DNA of 64,000 nucleotides from NCBI RefSeq assembly GCF_057098645.1, contig NZ_CM169472.1; one strand, 5' to 3'. Shown piece by piece: positions 22,800 to 35,106 of this stretch (position 1 is its first letter; each line of letters starts with the position of its first letter). The notes under the pieces were generated by a model. It saw only the letters and a program-made list of their open reading frames with translations, ran no database searches and was not told where the DNA came from. The position numbers and the translations under genes were made by a program.

Positions 22800-24411
22800 G
22801 AATTTCTCCTGAAGCGCTGACTTCGCCAAACCAGCCGTTATCATCTACCGTACGCAGCGAAATGGCGTTATCCATTGGAATCGAAAATTTGACTGTGGTC
22901 TTATCCATCTGCCCCACTTCGCCAGAGATATCAGTCCACGGTGTGGTCAACCACAGCGCATCGGTCATATCCCGCCAGCTATCATCGCACCCGGCATCGT
23001 AGGTTTTTGTAGCTCCGTTGCGGGTAATAAAGGAAAGCGTCGCCGGGAATGGTACTTTCGCCTTACCGTCATCGGAGCTGAAGACACAATAGGAGCGCCC
23101 GCCAATCACCTGCGCGGGTCCGGTCACCTTGATCAGCACTTCGTCGGCAGCTGTTTTACCGCTGGTGGTTACGATATAGCCGAAATCGAGTGCCGACTCG
23201 CCGCTGCCAACATATCCCTCCCGCGACGGTGTCTGAGTATATTCATCGGAGATAATACTGATGCTGAAATCACGGGGTTTGATAATCAGCGTGTTGGAGG
23301 TAGAAAATTCATACCAGCCAGACTCCGGTGATGTGGTGTTCTGAAAGCGAAAGTTGAATAGATCTTTGGTGTTGATATCGCTGATCCCGAGGTTCACCAT
23401 CTGCTTAAAGAAGTTGCTCGAGAAGAAAACATAGATCGAGTCTGCGCTCTTCATCTCGTTGAAGGTGTAGTAATAGGCAGTATTGCTCACCGGTTTCCAT
23501 GAACTGCCATTCAGACTGAACTGCATATCGTACGCCCCGACGGCCGAGGCTAACGACGAGTTGGCGATCGCCGGGAATATATGGATTGAGGTGTTGCTGA
23601 GTCCGTTTGTTTGCAGGGTATAGTTAACCATCTTACAACTTAATCCTGAACGGCTGCCGATGGTTTGCGTCCGGCAGTCGGCGTTCCCTTCGCCCAGAGT
23701 CGGTACTCCGTCGCTGTTGATAAATACTTCCGCCAGCGAGTGGGTATTTATCAACCGTAGATTTGCTGCTTTCGTATGGGTGACGTTGCGAACATACCAG
23801 TTGCCGGAGGCCTGATCCTTACAGCGTGCGCCGCTGCTGGCGTCATAGTTCACAGAGGTCTGGCAGGCATTGATGGTCATTGTAAAGCTGCTGCCGACGG
23901 GCATTTGTTGCAGATACTGGTAAAACGCGTCTGACAACATGCCGTGCATCCACTTCGCGCCGCCGCTGGTCACCGTCGCGCCATAAAATCCACTGGCGTC
24001 GGTGGTTTGCGGCAGGATAAGACTGGTGGTCATATTACACCCAGCGTACCAGTTGATGCAGCGCAAGCCAGTTAAAGGAGATGAAACTGGTGAATTTTCC
24101 AGCCACATATCAAACTTCCAGTTGGTATAAAGGCCGGTGTTGTAACCGTTATCAATGTAGCCGAGGCTTTGCTGATAGATGGTTCCTGAACCATTGTATT
24201 TTAAACCGGTCCAGCGGTTGGCACCGGTCAGGCGCGGATCCAGCGCCCCGCCAGGAGTGACGAAAAAGTTGTCGTCTGAGTTGTTTTCGACAAACACAAA
24301 CTCGCGTGCCGGTGCATCCGCCCAGGTTGTTTTGCTCACTGCAGCTCTGAGCGCGGTTGCAGGCCAGATTAGCGCAAAGATTATCATCGTTATTAGTAGG
24401 TTAACTCTCAT
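22768..24411 (-). CDS. ecpD: E. coli common pilus tip adhesin EcpD (547 aa)
   Basis: ORF track; signal peptide [23 protein letters not shown]; position between the usher and ecpE. Confidence 0.85.
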
Positions 24412-26926
24412 TCTCTTCTCCTGTCTGCGTCACCGCCGCCCACGATGAGAGGCCGCTGCAGACCACATCACCGACCCAGACGGCACCGCGCGCCTGGTTG
24501 AGTTCCAGTGCCACTTCGCAGGTTTTATTGCCACTGTAGCGAAAATCGATAGTGGGGTATTTCTTATCCACGTCCATGACAAACTCGCCGTTTTCATCGG
24601 TTCGGGTTCGGCCGATATGGTTGTTAATCCGTGCGTTAGCCAGCAGTGTGCCGTCTTCCGCACGGATACGACCGGAGACGGTAACCATCTGCTTCACCTC
24701 TGGCTCAATGACAGCGACATTGCCTGGATAGAGAGTCAGATGGCTTTTGCGGCCGCTGACGATATCGTAACTGTCGAGTGAGTTTTTGCTGTTCTGTAAC
24801 TCCACCTCATATCTTCCATAGGGAGAGAGCGGGAGATAGTTACGCTTGCCGTTAAGCGGGAAAATCCGCCCGTTGATTTTGGCGCTGATCTGACCGTCGT
24901 CCTCCAGCCCGGTGTTGAATATCACCCCAGCGTTGCCATCAGTCCGCCCGCTGGCAGAAATGTTTTTACCCTGCCAGCCGACGCTGCCATTGGCGGTTAA
25001 ATTGGTATTGACGTAGCCGTCCGCCGCGCTATTGACGTTCAGCGTTCCGCTGGCGTAGCGAGCGTCGAACTGTGCATACGCCCCACCACTGAGAGTTTTG
25101 TCATCACCGGTATCGCCGGAGATGGCTCGTGACAGATTGGCACCAACAGTGCGAATGGTCCCTTCATCAAACTGCTTGCGTGCTGACAGGTTTGCCATGG
25201 TGTAGCCGTTTTGATGAGTCATCCCTGCGCTAAACCAGTTGCCCAGTGGTAGCGAGAGATCGAGAGCGATATATTTCCCTGTATTGGCGTTGCTGTCGCC
25301 GTTGTTATAGCGCTGAATACCGGCCCGCAGGCCAAGCGAACCAAAGGGACCGCTGTAGACATTTTGATAGTAATCTGCCGTGTAATAATGGCTGTTGTAA
25401 CGGCGGTCATCATTGTAGCTGATGCTGAATGTGCCCAGCTTCGACCACAGTGAGTTCAGGTTGAGTGTGCCGCCGATTGCACGGTTGTCGGCATCGCTAC
25501 GTCGCAATTGATTGCCAATGCGGGTTTTTTCCTGGTTAACCCACAGCGAACTAAAGCCTCCCGGTAGAGTGGCGCTGATGCTGGCGATGTTGCTCCATGA
25601 GCTGTCACTGGCCAGCATATTTTGCAGGTTAACGTTGATCGCTCCCCCAAGCGGCAGCGTCAGACGGGTTTCACCCACCGCCTGATTATCGTATCCATAT
25701 CCCGTTGCCGCCCAGCTAAGCGTACTCAGTGAGCCGGAGGTCGAGGCACCTGCCAGCCAACTCTCTTTAGCTGGTCGCGTCTTTTTCCCGTTTTCCGACC
25801 AGCGATCCATATGAAAGCTACCGCCCCATATCTGCCACGCCAGTGGTGCACCGACGCCGCGCCCCCGGCTAAACAGCTTATTGACCCGTTGAGTGCGTTT
25901 GCTGATCACGCGACCGTTAACGATCACCTCAACTTCCACATCGTAAATACCGTACGGTAGACCCCGGGTATCCACTTCATGATTGCCCATGGTGAAGTTC
26001 TGAACGCTTAGTAACCGCCCATCACGGGTGAGATGTACTTCGCCCGCCGCCGGTAAAAAGGCGATCACTGGCGTGGCTGACTGGCTGCTGTCGAAGATGG
26101 TGGAGCTGGCCTGGTTTCCCCAGGAAAGGCCGTAAATCTTCCCTGCTGAAATGGCGGTCATCGGCCCTAAGGACTGCAAGTTCCAGGTGTCGAGCATTCC
26201 ACCGGCAAATCGGTGACCGGCAAAATCGCGTTCATACATCGCTTTATATAATTCACTGTCCTGTTGACCGCTACCGATCCCGTACAGCGAGCCGTCGAGC
26301 ACCACATGATGTTCGCGCAGTGCAGTAACGTTATTCAGCGACAGATAGCTGGATGTGTTACTCCCGCCGTTACGCAACTGGTTGTTATAGATGCCGAAGT
26401 TATAGCTCAGATTACTGCTGAGGGTGTTAACACTGGACTGCCCGATGTCTTCGCTACGTGAGCGTAGTACAGTGCCCAGCGCTTCGCGCTTGACCACCAG
26501 CTGCAGCAGCAGTTGGCGCAAGCTGAGATTCAGCTGCGCGTTGTCAGTCAGGGGGATGGTAAGGGCCTCATTGAACGGGGCGTTTGCCAGAGCCATCAGC
26601 TGCTGTCGAGTTTGTTCGCTGACACTGGCGTTATCTTCACTCTCTTCCAGCTGTATTTTCCGGATGCGTAGCTGTCCATCATCCAGCCAGATAAAAGCGC
26701 TGCCGATTCGCTGATCGTCCTGGCGACCCTGACTACCGGCGAGATGAATATAGAGCGGGACGCTCATGCCGTCCTGAAGCGCCTGACTGAAGGCCTGCGG
26801 AATAATCACCCCACCTATTTGCTGCGCACTTATGTCAGCAGCGCTGGCATCGGGCTGAACGAACAAAAAGACCATGCCGAAGGCAAACTGGGCTTTCAGT
26901 CCTGGGGAGAACCGTCGTAAAGGCAT
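24401..26926 (-). CDS. ecpC: E. coli common pilus usher EcpC (841 aa)
   Basis: ORF track; large outer-membrane usher-like protein between the chaperone and adhesin genes. Confidence 0.9.
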   Translation of the reverse strand: MPLRRFSPGLKAQFAFGMVFLFVQPDASAADISAQQIGGVIIPQAFSQALQDGMSVPLYIHLAGSQGRQDDQRIGSAFIWLDDGQLRIRKIQLEESEDNASVSEQTRQQLMALANAPFNEALTIPLTDNAQLNLSLRQLLLQLVVKREALGTVLRSRSEDIGQSSVNTLSSNLSYNFGIYNNQLRNGGSNTSSYLSLNNVTALREHHVVLDGSLYGIGSGQQDSELYKAMYERDFAGHRFAGGMLDTWNLQSLGPMTAISAGKIYGLSWGNQASSTIFDSSQSATPVIAFLPAAGEVHLTRDGRLLSVQNFTMGNHEVDTRGLPYGIYDVEVEVIVNGRVISKRTQRVNKLFSRGRGVGAPLAWQIWGGSFHMDRWSENGKKTRPAKESWLAGASTSGSLSTLSWAATGYGYDNQAVGETRLTLPLGGAINVNLQNMLASDSSWSNIASISATLPGGFSSLWVNQEKTRIGNQLRRSDADNRAIGGTLNLNSLWSKLGTFSISYNDDRRYNSHYYTADYYQNVYSGPFGSLGLRAGIQRYNNGDSNANTGKYIALDLSLPLGNWFSAGMTHQNGYTMANLSARKQFDEGTIRTVGANLSRAISGDTGDDKTLSGGAYAQFDARYASGTLNVNSAADGYVNTNLTANGSVGWQGKNISASGRTDGNAGVIFNTGLEDDGQISAKINGRIFPLNGKRNYLPLSPYGRYEVELQNSKNSLDSYDIVSGRKSHLTLYPGNVAVIEPEVKQMVTVSGRIRAEDGTLLANARINNHIGRTRTDENGEFVMDVDKKYPTIDFRYSGNKTCEVALELNQARGAVWVGDVVCSGLSSWAAVTQTGEENES

Positions 26927-26951
26927 TGTCGTTATCCATCTGCACAGCTAT

Positions 26952-27620
26952 CTATTTCACGGGAATGAACTTATCACCCTGCCAAAGTGCAACCCGTCCT
27001 TTGTTATCCGACGTGTCCACGCGGGTAAAACGACGCGACTTGCCCGGCATCAGGTAGTAATTCTCTTTACACTCTTTACCATTGGCGGCTTTCAGGCAGG
27101 GGCCGTAGGCGAGGATCCGCAGCGTCGCATTTCCTGTATTTGTCAGGGAGCCGTTGGCGTACTGAAAGTGGTAGTTTGCCTGGCGGGGTGCGACGACCAG
27201 AATGGTGCCGATGCGGGCGGAAGCAGTGGCCACAGCGCTGCGGTTGGCATTATCGCGCTGCGCATCACTGAGGGCCTGATCAAACCAGACAATGCGGTAG
27301 TAGCGCTCTTTTTCATCTGCGGGTCCCTTATAGAAGAAGCGGATCACTTCGCTGGCTTGGGCGGGTAGCAGCAAGCTGGCGGGAGTGAGTAGCAACTCGT
27401 CCGGCTTGTCCATTGAGATAACCTGCCCGTCGTCAAGCGGTGAAGAGAGCCGTTCGAGACGGATATTGATGAGGCGACCACTGTCGGTACTGTTTTTGAT
27501 CGTTTTGCTCAGCGTGCTGCTGTCACTGTTCATAAACGATGATATATCGCCGACATCCAGCGCCTGGGCCGGAGATATTCCGGAAAACAGCAGAGCGAGA
27601 GGCAGAAGGTGCTTTTTCAT
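26952..27620 (-). CDS. ecpB: E. coli common pilus chaperone EcpB (222 aa)
   Basis: ORF track; signal peptide [20 protein letters not shown]. Confidence 0.85.
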   Translation of the reverse strand: MKKHLLPLALLFSGISPAQALDVGDISSFMNSDSSTLSKTIKNSTDSGRLINIRLERLSSPLDDGQVISMDKPDELLLTPASLLLPAQASEVIRFFYKGPADEKERYYRIVWFDQALSDAQRDNANRSAVATASARIGTILVVAPRQANYHFQYANGSLTNTGNATLRILAYGPCLKAANGKECKENYYLMPGKSRRFTRVDTSDNKGRVALWQGDKFIPVK

Positions 27621-27677
27621 AACAATTCCGTCCAGGAATAAAGCAGGGGGGCTACCCCTGCTGGTACATCAGAGAGA

Positions 27678-28265
27678 TTAACTGGTCCAGGTCGCGTCGA
27701 ACTGTACGCTAACGTCGCCGCTCCAGATGCCTTCCGGTAGAGTGCTGTAATCGGTTACTGCGGTGGTACCATTGGTGGTGCCGCTGATGATGGAGAAGGT
27801 GAAACCATCCTGTGCGGTGGTACGATTGCTGGCATTGTAACCGTTAGCCAGCGGGCTAAGGTTGCCGCCCAGTACGCCGTTGGCGGTATCGATCATCACG
27901 GTATCGCCAGTTTTTTCGACTGCCGCGCCGTTATAATCCACGCCCACATTCAGTGTGGAACCTGAGGTATCCAACTGGGTTAATGTGTTGGTGATAAGAC
28001 GTGAGGTCAGTTTAAAGGCGGTAGCCGTTGAGTCACCCTCGATAGCCACGTCAAATAGACCTTTCTGTGAGTTAAAACCTTTAATGCCTTCGGCATACTG
28101 GAACGCCAGGCTACCGAGTGGCGTCACAACCAGCTTACTGGTGGTGTCTTTTTTGGCTGTTGCTGACCAGGTCGCTACAGCCTGAGCTGTTACGTCAGCA
28201 GCCTGCGCCACACCTATACCGGTAAACACCGTTACCAGAGCTATTGCCAGAACCTTTTTTTTCAT
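27678..28265 (-). CDS. ecpA: E. coli common pilus major subunit EcpA/MatB (195 aa)
   Basis: ORF track; [60 protein letters not shown]... Confidence 0.9.
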   Translation of the reverse strand: MKKKVLAIALVTVFTGIGVAQAADVTAQAVATWSATAKKDTTSKLVVTPLGSLAFQYAEGIKGFNSQKGLFDVAIEGDSTATAFKLTSRLITNTLTQLDTSGSTLNVGVDYNGAAVEKTGDTVMIDTANGVLGGNLSPLANGYNASNRTTAQDGFTFSIISGTTNGTTAVTDYSTLPEGIWSGDVSVQFDATWTS

Positions 28266-28339
28266 TGCTTTTCTTCCCGAGTTGAATTGAGGACATGAAG
28301 TCCCGGTGAGTCATTTATTAAAACTAACTTGCCTGGAGT

Positions 28340-28951
<612 letters not shown>

Positions 28952-29334
28952 TTACAGGTACATTCAGTTTCTTTAGTAAATCGGAAGTAAATAAGATACG
29001 TAGCACATATCAATATAGGTTAAACGAGATTAAGTTTTAATTATTTCGATTAGGTTTAAATTTATGTTTTTTTCCTGATGAGTGTCAATATGTGAACAGA
29101 AAATGAATTCCATGGTTAAGTCAATATTTACAAAAAATGAAAATATTGCTTTTTTGATAAGAAGAAAAAGACATTCAGTTTCATAAGGTTATTGGCAATA
29201 TAACGTTCAATTCTTACTTGCATTTTATATTAGCCAGGAACTTTGCCCTGAGGTGTTAGGAATAGTCTTAATGTGTTGTGTAATGGACTAGTAAAAAAAC
29301 AAGTTTAAATGATAAGAAATAGAATATAAAACTA

Positions 29335-29559
29335 TCATGAGTCATAATTAAGGATGATTTGCCAATCAGTAAGGTGTTTTAATGGATTAACATGCCGCAC
29401 AAAATGGTTATGGGTGTTCATCCCAATAAGTGATGAAAAATTAAACAGGTGTAAGTACGTCATCTGTCCGGTAAGCCCCCTAAGAGCCAAATTAAGTGAA
29501 GTTAAATGAAGACTGCCAGTTGTCACAGGAACGATGGCCTCTTTGCCAGGGCACTGCAT
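29335..29559 (-). CDS. Hypothetical small protein (74 aa); occupies the position where ykgL is expected
   Basis: ORF track only; no recognisable domain; position-based guess. Confidence 0.3.
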   Translation of the reverse strand: MQCPGKEAIVPVTTGSLHLTSLNLALRGLTGQMTYLHLFNFSSLIGMNTHNHFVRHVNPLKHLTDWQIILNYDS

Positions 29560-29965
29560 TCAGTCATCTGTGCGCGTTACTCTAACTGGCACTCGAACGT
29601 CGGCGATGGGGTTACCGGTGGATCAGGCCGTTCCTGTGGCGTAAACGTTTTTATGTCAGTACCAACAGATTTACCACATTTATCATCTTAACAGTTTGAG
29701 TGTAAATGCAGGCTGCGTCGCAAAGGGAGGAAACTGAGTGGCGTGTTCAGTCTAAAAGAGGGTTGATGCCAGCATACAGGGCGAAGCTGGTCAACAAGTC
29801 AACATTAATATAATGGAATATTCGGAGAGAAACGTCAGGCAGTTGACCTTAAATGAACAGGAAGATACATCCCCAGGAAAATTAATGCTGGTGTAATAAA
29901 TACACCAACATTAATCCGGTCTGATTATTAATCAGACAAATATCGTTAATTCGTCGAATTTTAAA

Positions 29966-30106
29966 TCAACGTTTTTTCTTACGACCCTGAACGGCCTTAA
30001 AACGTGGATTAGATTTACAAATCACATACAGCCGTCCTTTTCGCTTCACAATCTGACAGTCTGGATGGCGTTCTTTTGCGGTACGCAGAGAGTTAAGGAC
30101 TTTCAT
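29966..30106 (-). CDS. rpmJ2: 50S ribosomal protein L36 paralog (zinc-independent type, 46 aa)
   Basis: Hand translation of the minus strand gives [46 protein letters not shown]; start ATG overlaps the rpmE2 stop (ATGA); below the ORF-track size cutoff. Confidence 0.85.
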   Translation of the reverse strand: MKVLNSLRTAKERHPDCQIVKRKGRLYVICKSNPRFKAVQGRKKKR

Positions 30107-30369
30107 CATGCCCCCTTTTTCGTGCTAACAAAACGACCAAAACGTTGGGTGAACCGTGCAACATTTCCTTCTGATGTCACTGTTCTCAGCTTCCCTGTAT
30201 AGAACGGGTGCGATTTCGAAGAGACATCAATTGTTACGTACGGATACGTTACGCCATCCAGCTCAATCTCACGGTCTGTTTTGATAGTCGAGCCGATTTT
30301 AAAGTACTCATCAACACTGGTGTCGTGGAACACCACAGTACGATACTCAGGATGGATATTGGGCTTCAT
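30106..30369 (-). CDS. rpmE2: 50S ribosomal protein L31 type B (87 aa; start at [10 protein letters not shown])
   Basis: ORF track 30106..30438 trimmed to the internal [33 protein letters not shown]... Confidence 0.9.
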   Translation of the reverse strand: MKPNIHPEYRTVVFHDTSVDEYFKIGSTIKTDREIELDGVTYPYVTIDVSSKSHPFYTGKLRTVTSEGNVARFTQRFGRFVSTKKGA

Positions 30370-30380
30370 CATTTTTACCT

Positions 30381-30398
30381 GTTGTGTTATAACATAAC
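30381..30398 (-). promoter_or_regulatory. Zur box (zinc uptake regulator operator) upstream of rpmE2-rpmJ2
   Basis: Near-palindrome gttgtgttataacataac (core tgttataaca) 12-29 bp upstream of the rpmE2 start; these zinc-independent ribosomal paralogs are established Zur targets. Confidence 0.6.
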
Positions 30399-30859
30399 CA
30401 TAAAGATACATGCTCATCCGGATCATTTCAACACCCAATCCCTGTGACCATTAGTGGTATGTGGAATTTCCTCAACGGGGAAGTCTGGCATTGTTAACAG
30501 CCATTGGCGACGCTCCCATAAACGCCTGGATGAGTGATTGATGATAGTTTCGCTGAGAGTATGGATTTTTCGAGAATGGAGGTTATCTCCACTTTACTGG
30601 CCGATGATTTATCGCAGTATGATTGATTACCTGACAGCGTGTATTCCTCTCCCACGGATATAATAATTACTTACAAAAAGGGAGAGGATGCATATTTTAA
30701 ATATCACTGAAGTGAACAGTTTATTGCCGTTATTAATAGAAATGGAGAAATAAATAGGCGTATTCTACTAGACTGGCCCCCTGAATCTCCAGACAACCAG
30801 TATCACTTAAATAAGTGATAGTCTTAATACTAGTTTTTAGACTAGTCATTGGAGAACAG

Positions 30860-31225
30860 ATGATTGATGTCTTAGGGCCGGAGAAACGCAGACGGCGTAC
30901 CACACAGGAAAAGATCGCAATTGTTCAGCAGAGCTTTGAACCGGGGATGACGGTCTCCCTCGTTGCCCGGCAACATGGTGTAGCAGCCAGCCAGTTATTT
31001 CTCTGGCGTAAGCAATACCAGGAAGGAAGTCTTACTGCTGTGGCCGCCGGAGAACAGGTTGTTCCTGCCTCTGAACTTGCTGCCGCCATGAAGCAGATTA
31101 AAGAACTCCAGCGCCTGCTCGGCAAGAAAACGATGGAAAATGAACTCCTCAAAGAAGCCGTTGAATATGGACGGGCAAAAAAGTGGATAGCGCACGCGCC
31201 CTTATTGCCCGGGGATGGGGAGTAA
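30860..31225 (+). CDS. insC: IS2 transposase OrfA (InsC, 121 aa)
   Basis: ORF track 30815..31225 trimmed to [41 protein letters not shown]... Confidence 0.9.
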
Positions 31226-32088
31226 GCTTAGTCAGCCGTTGTCTCCGGGTGTCGCGTGCGCAGTTGCACGTCATTCTCAGACGAACCGATGACTGGATGG
31301 ATGGCCGCCGCAGTCGTCACACTGATGATACGGATGTGCTTCTCCGTATACACCATGTTATCGGAGAGCTGCCCACGTATGGTTATCGTCGGGTATGGGC
31401 GCTGCTTCGCAGACAGGCAGAACTTGATGGTATGCCTGCGATCAATGCCAAACGTGTTTACCGGATCATGCGCCAGAATGCGCTGTTGCTTGAGCGAAAA
31501 CCTGCTGTACCGCCATCGAAACGGGCACATACAGGCAGAGTGGCCGTGAAAGAAAGCAATCAGCGATGGTGCTCTGACGGGTTCGAGTTCTGCTGTGATA
31601 ACGGAGAGAGACTGCGTGTCACGTTCGCGCTGGACTGCTGTGATCGTGAGGCACTGCACTGGGCGGTGACTACCGGCGGCTTCAACAGTGAAACAGTACA
31701 GGACGTCATGCTGGGAGCGGTGGAACGCCGCTTCGGCAACGATCTTCCGTCGTCTCCAGTGGAGTGGCTGACGGATAATGGTTCATGCTACCGGGCTAAT
31801 GAAACACGCCAGTTCGCCCGGATGTTGGGACTTGAACCGAAGAACACGGCGGTGCGGAGTCCGGAGAGTAACGGAATAGCAGAGAGCTTCGTGAAAACGA
31901 TAAAGCGTGACTACATCAGTATCATGCCCAAACCAGACGGGTTAACGGCAGCAAAGAACCTTGCAGAGGCGTTCGAGCATTATAACGAATGGCATCCGCA
32001 TAGTGCGCTGGGTTATCGCTCGCCACGGGAATATCTGCGGCAGCGGGCTTGTAATGGGTTAAGTGATAACAGATGTCTGGAAATATAG
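31183..32088 (+). CDS. insD: IS2 transposase OrfB (InsD, 301 aa, DDE integrase core)
   Basis: ORF track; [43 protein letters not shown]...; overlaps insC in the -1 frame. Confidence 0.9.
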
Positions 32089-32643
32089 GGGCAAATCCAT
32101 CTACAATTGCGACAAAAACAACGATATTAATCAGTTTATGACTGATTTGTTGTACTTTATTCTCTTTCATTGGTACTTCCTCGCTTTAAAAAAGAGCGCA
32201 CTTCGTAAGTGCCCTTATATAAATAACGAGTTTGGTCAACCAATTTTTTGACATGTATCACAAATTTGAATAGATGTATTACATCGGCTATCTTTTATTG
32301 CACCAACGTCATTGATATATGTCGCCTGAAGTCAGTTCCGGGAATGAGTCTGATCTCAAGACTGGCCCAGTCCTGGCGTTGATTGGCGCTGAGGAGCATA
32401 TCGCATCTCATCATAATGTCGTATCTCCTGGGGTGTTATACAAGATATCGTTGTTGGTAACCTGGGCGAGGAATTGAGCTCTATTAAACCGTCAACTATG
32501 CCGGATACATACTGGATTACACTGCAGGCACGCCTTATGAGAGAACGTGCCGCAGTGACGGGTTAATTATCTGAAAGAATTTGTGAGGCTGTATCGGTTA
32601 CTCATTGATTTGATAGTTTTACTCTCGGGAGAGTAATAGATAT

Positions 32644-33786
32644 TTAATCCATTAACGGAAACCAGCCAGTTCCTTTCGATGCCTGAATTTGATCCCATAG
32701 TTTATCCGGAATGGTTAATTCAGGAACAAGTTGTGGATTAAGGGTTGTTTGAATTTCATGGCCTCTACCTGATTCAGCTAAAGTCACCCATTCTGGATTT
32801 ATCACCAGCCCTTTACCGATTGCAACAAGTGGCAGGCCAGTGGAAATTGCTTCTTGAGCCTGAGACGGTGTGCGTATTTTACCTGCAGCGATTACCGGCA
32901 CTCTGCCTGCAATATGATTTAAAATCAATTCAATAGTTCGGGGGCCATTTGGCGACTCAACAGGGTAGCTATCGTTAATACTGACCAGCGAGGTATGTAT
33001 ATACGAAATACCGGATGAAATGAGCCGATCAAGGAGTTTATAAGTATCCTCTATCCGCAGCCCCCCTGTTGCAGATTCTTCAGGAGATATTCTGTAACCG
33101 ATGGCAAAGGGCTTTGTCGCATATTCATAGACTACATTTTTTACTTCCTGTAATACGGCCAGCGGGAAGCGCATACGTCCTTCGAGATCTCCTCCCCATC
33201 GGTCATTACGCTGGTTAAATAGAGGGGAGAAGAAATTCTGTAGAAGGAATCCGTGCGCACCATGAAGTTCAATGCCATCAAAACCTGCTTTAATCGCCCT
33301 TTTTGTGACATCTCCGAATGCTCTAATGGTTTCCTGAATTTCGTTTTCAGTCATTTCCCTGCTTTGTACCACTCTCTTCATAAAGTCACCAGATTTTACG
33401 CTTGATGCGCTGGCACTAATAACATCGTTATTTGGTACAAGCTCCGGGATGGCTTTATTACCGGCGTGGAAAACCTGCAAAATAGCCGGAGCACCCCCAC
33501 TTTTGGCTGCCGCTGCTAACTTTTCAAGGCTGTTAATGAAACGGTCGTCATACGCGGCAAATTCATGAGTAAACCCAATGCCGCTTGGCGTGACATAGGT
33601 ACATCCTGTTATTACTAAACCAACATTTTGTGAGCGACGTTTATAAAATTCGAGTTCTTGCTCAGAGATGGTTCCATCAGGATTCGCTGACCAGGTCGTC
33701 ATAGGAGCCATAACGATACGATTACGTAGCTTTATTTTTTCTGTCAGCATAAAAGGAGAAAACAATGATGGGTGTTTATTTGTCAT
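32644..33786 (-). CDS. NADH:flavin oxidoreductase, Old Yellow Enzyme family (380 aa)
   Basis: ORF track; OYE motifs RIVMAPM, HAGNKA and IELHGAHGFLLQNFFSPLFNQRNDRWGG. Confidence 0.8.
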   Translation of the reverse strand: MTNKHPSLFSPFMLTEKIKLRNRIVMAPMTTWSANPDGTISEQELEFYKRRSQNVGLVITGCTYVTPSGIGFTHEFAAYDDRFINSLEKLAAAAKSGGAPAILQVFHAGNKAIPELVPNNDVISASASSVKSGDFMKRVVQSREMTENEIQETIRAFGDVTKRAIKAGFDGIELHGAHGFLLQNFFSPLFNQRNDRWGGDLEGRMRFPLAVLQEVKNVVYEYATKPFAIGYRISPEESATGGLRIEDTYKLLDRLISSGISYIHTSLVSINDSYPVESPNGPRTIELILNHIAGRVPVIAAGKIRTPSQAQEAISTGLPLVAIGKGLVINPEWVTLAESGRGHEIQTTLNPQLVPELTIPDKLWDQIQASKGTGWFPLMD

Positions 33787-34029
33787 AACAATACCTCAAA
33801 TGTTTATCTGATTTTGATGCGTATGTTTTAACTGGTTAGTTGTTGCCAGCTTTGGAACCAAGAGTTCTGGCTTTATTTATAATCCCTTTAAAGGGTTTCT
33901 AATAATCTTAATAATTGAGTTGCTGCTTTTTTGTTTTTTAATGAAATTTCTTTTTGAGTAATTTTATTATTGTTGTGTAGTCAATAAAGGATAAATGTCA
34001 GGGAGATAAGGGATCTCCCTGTAAAATTA

Positions 34030-34950
34030 TTACAAATGTGTTTTATAAAAAGGAATTAATTTATCGAGTGCCTGTTTCACAGGTTCTGGCTTATCATACA
34101 GGTCGTAATGTGAATAACCTTCAACCACGACCAGCTCTTTATGTTTTGAGGCAGCGCGGCCAATAATTTCGCAGCCGTCACGGTAGGCACCAAATGCGCC
34201 CACTCTATCGCCCACCACAACCATTATTGGTTGAGTTAACAGGACTTCTGCAAGATGAAATGCATCCCAACCCACGGCAACAGTCTGATGTGAGAATAGC
34301 GAACGATTTACCCCATTAGGTGCACAGCCTCGTGGCGAACGATAATATTCTGTGGCTTCAAAAAGGTCTATTTCTGTTAATCCCGCTTCAAGAGCTGCAT
34401 CCGGAGAAGAGGGGAGTAAATCATCTACGCGAAGTTTTGCGCCGTTAGCTTCGTCTGTTCTTTGTTGCGCCATTGCTTCGAGTGCTCCGATAGGATTAAA
34501 CGCTGTAAATCCCTCACGCATAAGACGCCCGTAGTTTGCACCCGTGACAGTACCAATAGCTTTAATTCGACGTTCTGTCATTGCGGCATTAATGGCATAT
34601 CCACCTCCACCACAAATACCCAGTACACCAATACGCCCGGCATCAACGTAAGGTAAGCTGGTAAGGTAATCAACGACAATGCTGAAGTCTTTTACTCGCA
34701 TTGTTGGATCTTCCAGATAACGCGGTTCCCCACCGCTGCTTCCCTGAAAACTGGCATCAAAAGCAATGACGATAAAGCCAGCTTTTGCCAGGGCGGCACC
34801 ATACACACTACCCGATGTCTGTTCTTTGCAGCTTCCAATTGGATGGGCGCTGATAATGGCAGGATACTTTTTTTCACTATTAAAATCGTCAGGGAAATAG
34901 ATATCAGCAGCTATATCCCAGTAAGTGTGTTTTATCGAAACAGTTTGCAT
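34030..34950 (-). CDS. Alpha/beta-fold hydrolase with Cys nucleophile elbow (dienelactone-hydrolase-like, 306 aa)
   Basis: ORF track; AFDASFQGSSGGEPR and GVLGICGGGG motifs; paralogous to 12781..13917; divergent from a LysR gene. Confidence 0.75.
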   Translation of the reverse strand: MQTVSIKHTYWDIAADIYFPDDFNSEKKYPAIISAHPIGSCKEQTSGSVYGAALAKAGFIVIAFDASFQGSSGGEPRYLEDPTMRVKDFSIVVDYLTSLPYVDAGRIGVLGICGGGGYAINAAMTERRIKAIGTVTGANYGRLMREGFTAFNPIGALEAMAQQRTDEANGAKLRVDDLLPSSPDAALEAGLTEIDLFEATEYYRSPRGCAPNGVNRSLFSHQTVAVGWDAFHLAEVLLTQPIMVVVGDRVGAFGAYRDGCEIIGRAASKHKELVVVEGYSHYDLYDKPEPVKQALDKLIPFYKTHL

Positions 34951-35106
34951 TTCAAGCTCCGGGGATTTGCCTAAACAGATTTAAATATCATTTCTATTAT
35001 CCGCAACTGGCATTCGTGTTCATATCGAGAACGGCGTAATAGTATGACTTGTATTGGTTATCATCAATGGTCTAATATCTATCACAGTGTTAAGTTAAGG
35101 TTTACA

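Larger units (their letters stand above)
30768..32099 (+). mobile_element. IS2 insertion sequence (about 1.33 kb) with 5-bp target site duplication TCTAC (30763..30767 and 32100..32104)
   Basis: Ends TAGACTGGCCCCCTGAATCTCCAGACAACC... and ...GATAACAGATGTCTGGAAATATAGGGGCAAATCCA; encodes InsC and InsD; identical 5-bp flanks. Confidence 0.9.
30711..32170 (-). pseudogene. ykgR: Small membrane protein gene ykgR (33 codons) split by IS2: 5' part 32100..32170, 3' part 30711..30767
   Basis: Removing IS2 and one copy of the TCTAC duplication restores [33 protein letters not shown]; the track ORF 31922..32170 shows the 5' part running into IS2. Confidence 0.6.

Noticed and set aside
30690-30755. Conserved 21-codon plus-strand ORF ([21 protein letters not shown]) with an RBS, present in both copies of the repeated segment
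   Set aside because: It lies antisense to the ykgR coding sequence, so its conservation is explained by ykgR on the other strand.
32320-32478. 52-codon plus-strand ORF (MSPEVSSGNESDLKTGPVLALIGAEEHIASHH...) between ykgR and the OYE gene
   Set aside because: Short, no RBS and no recognisable motif; possibly a gene remnant but unsupported.
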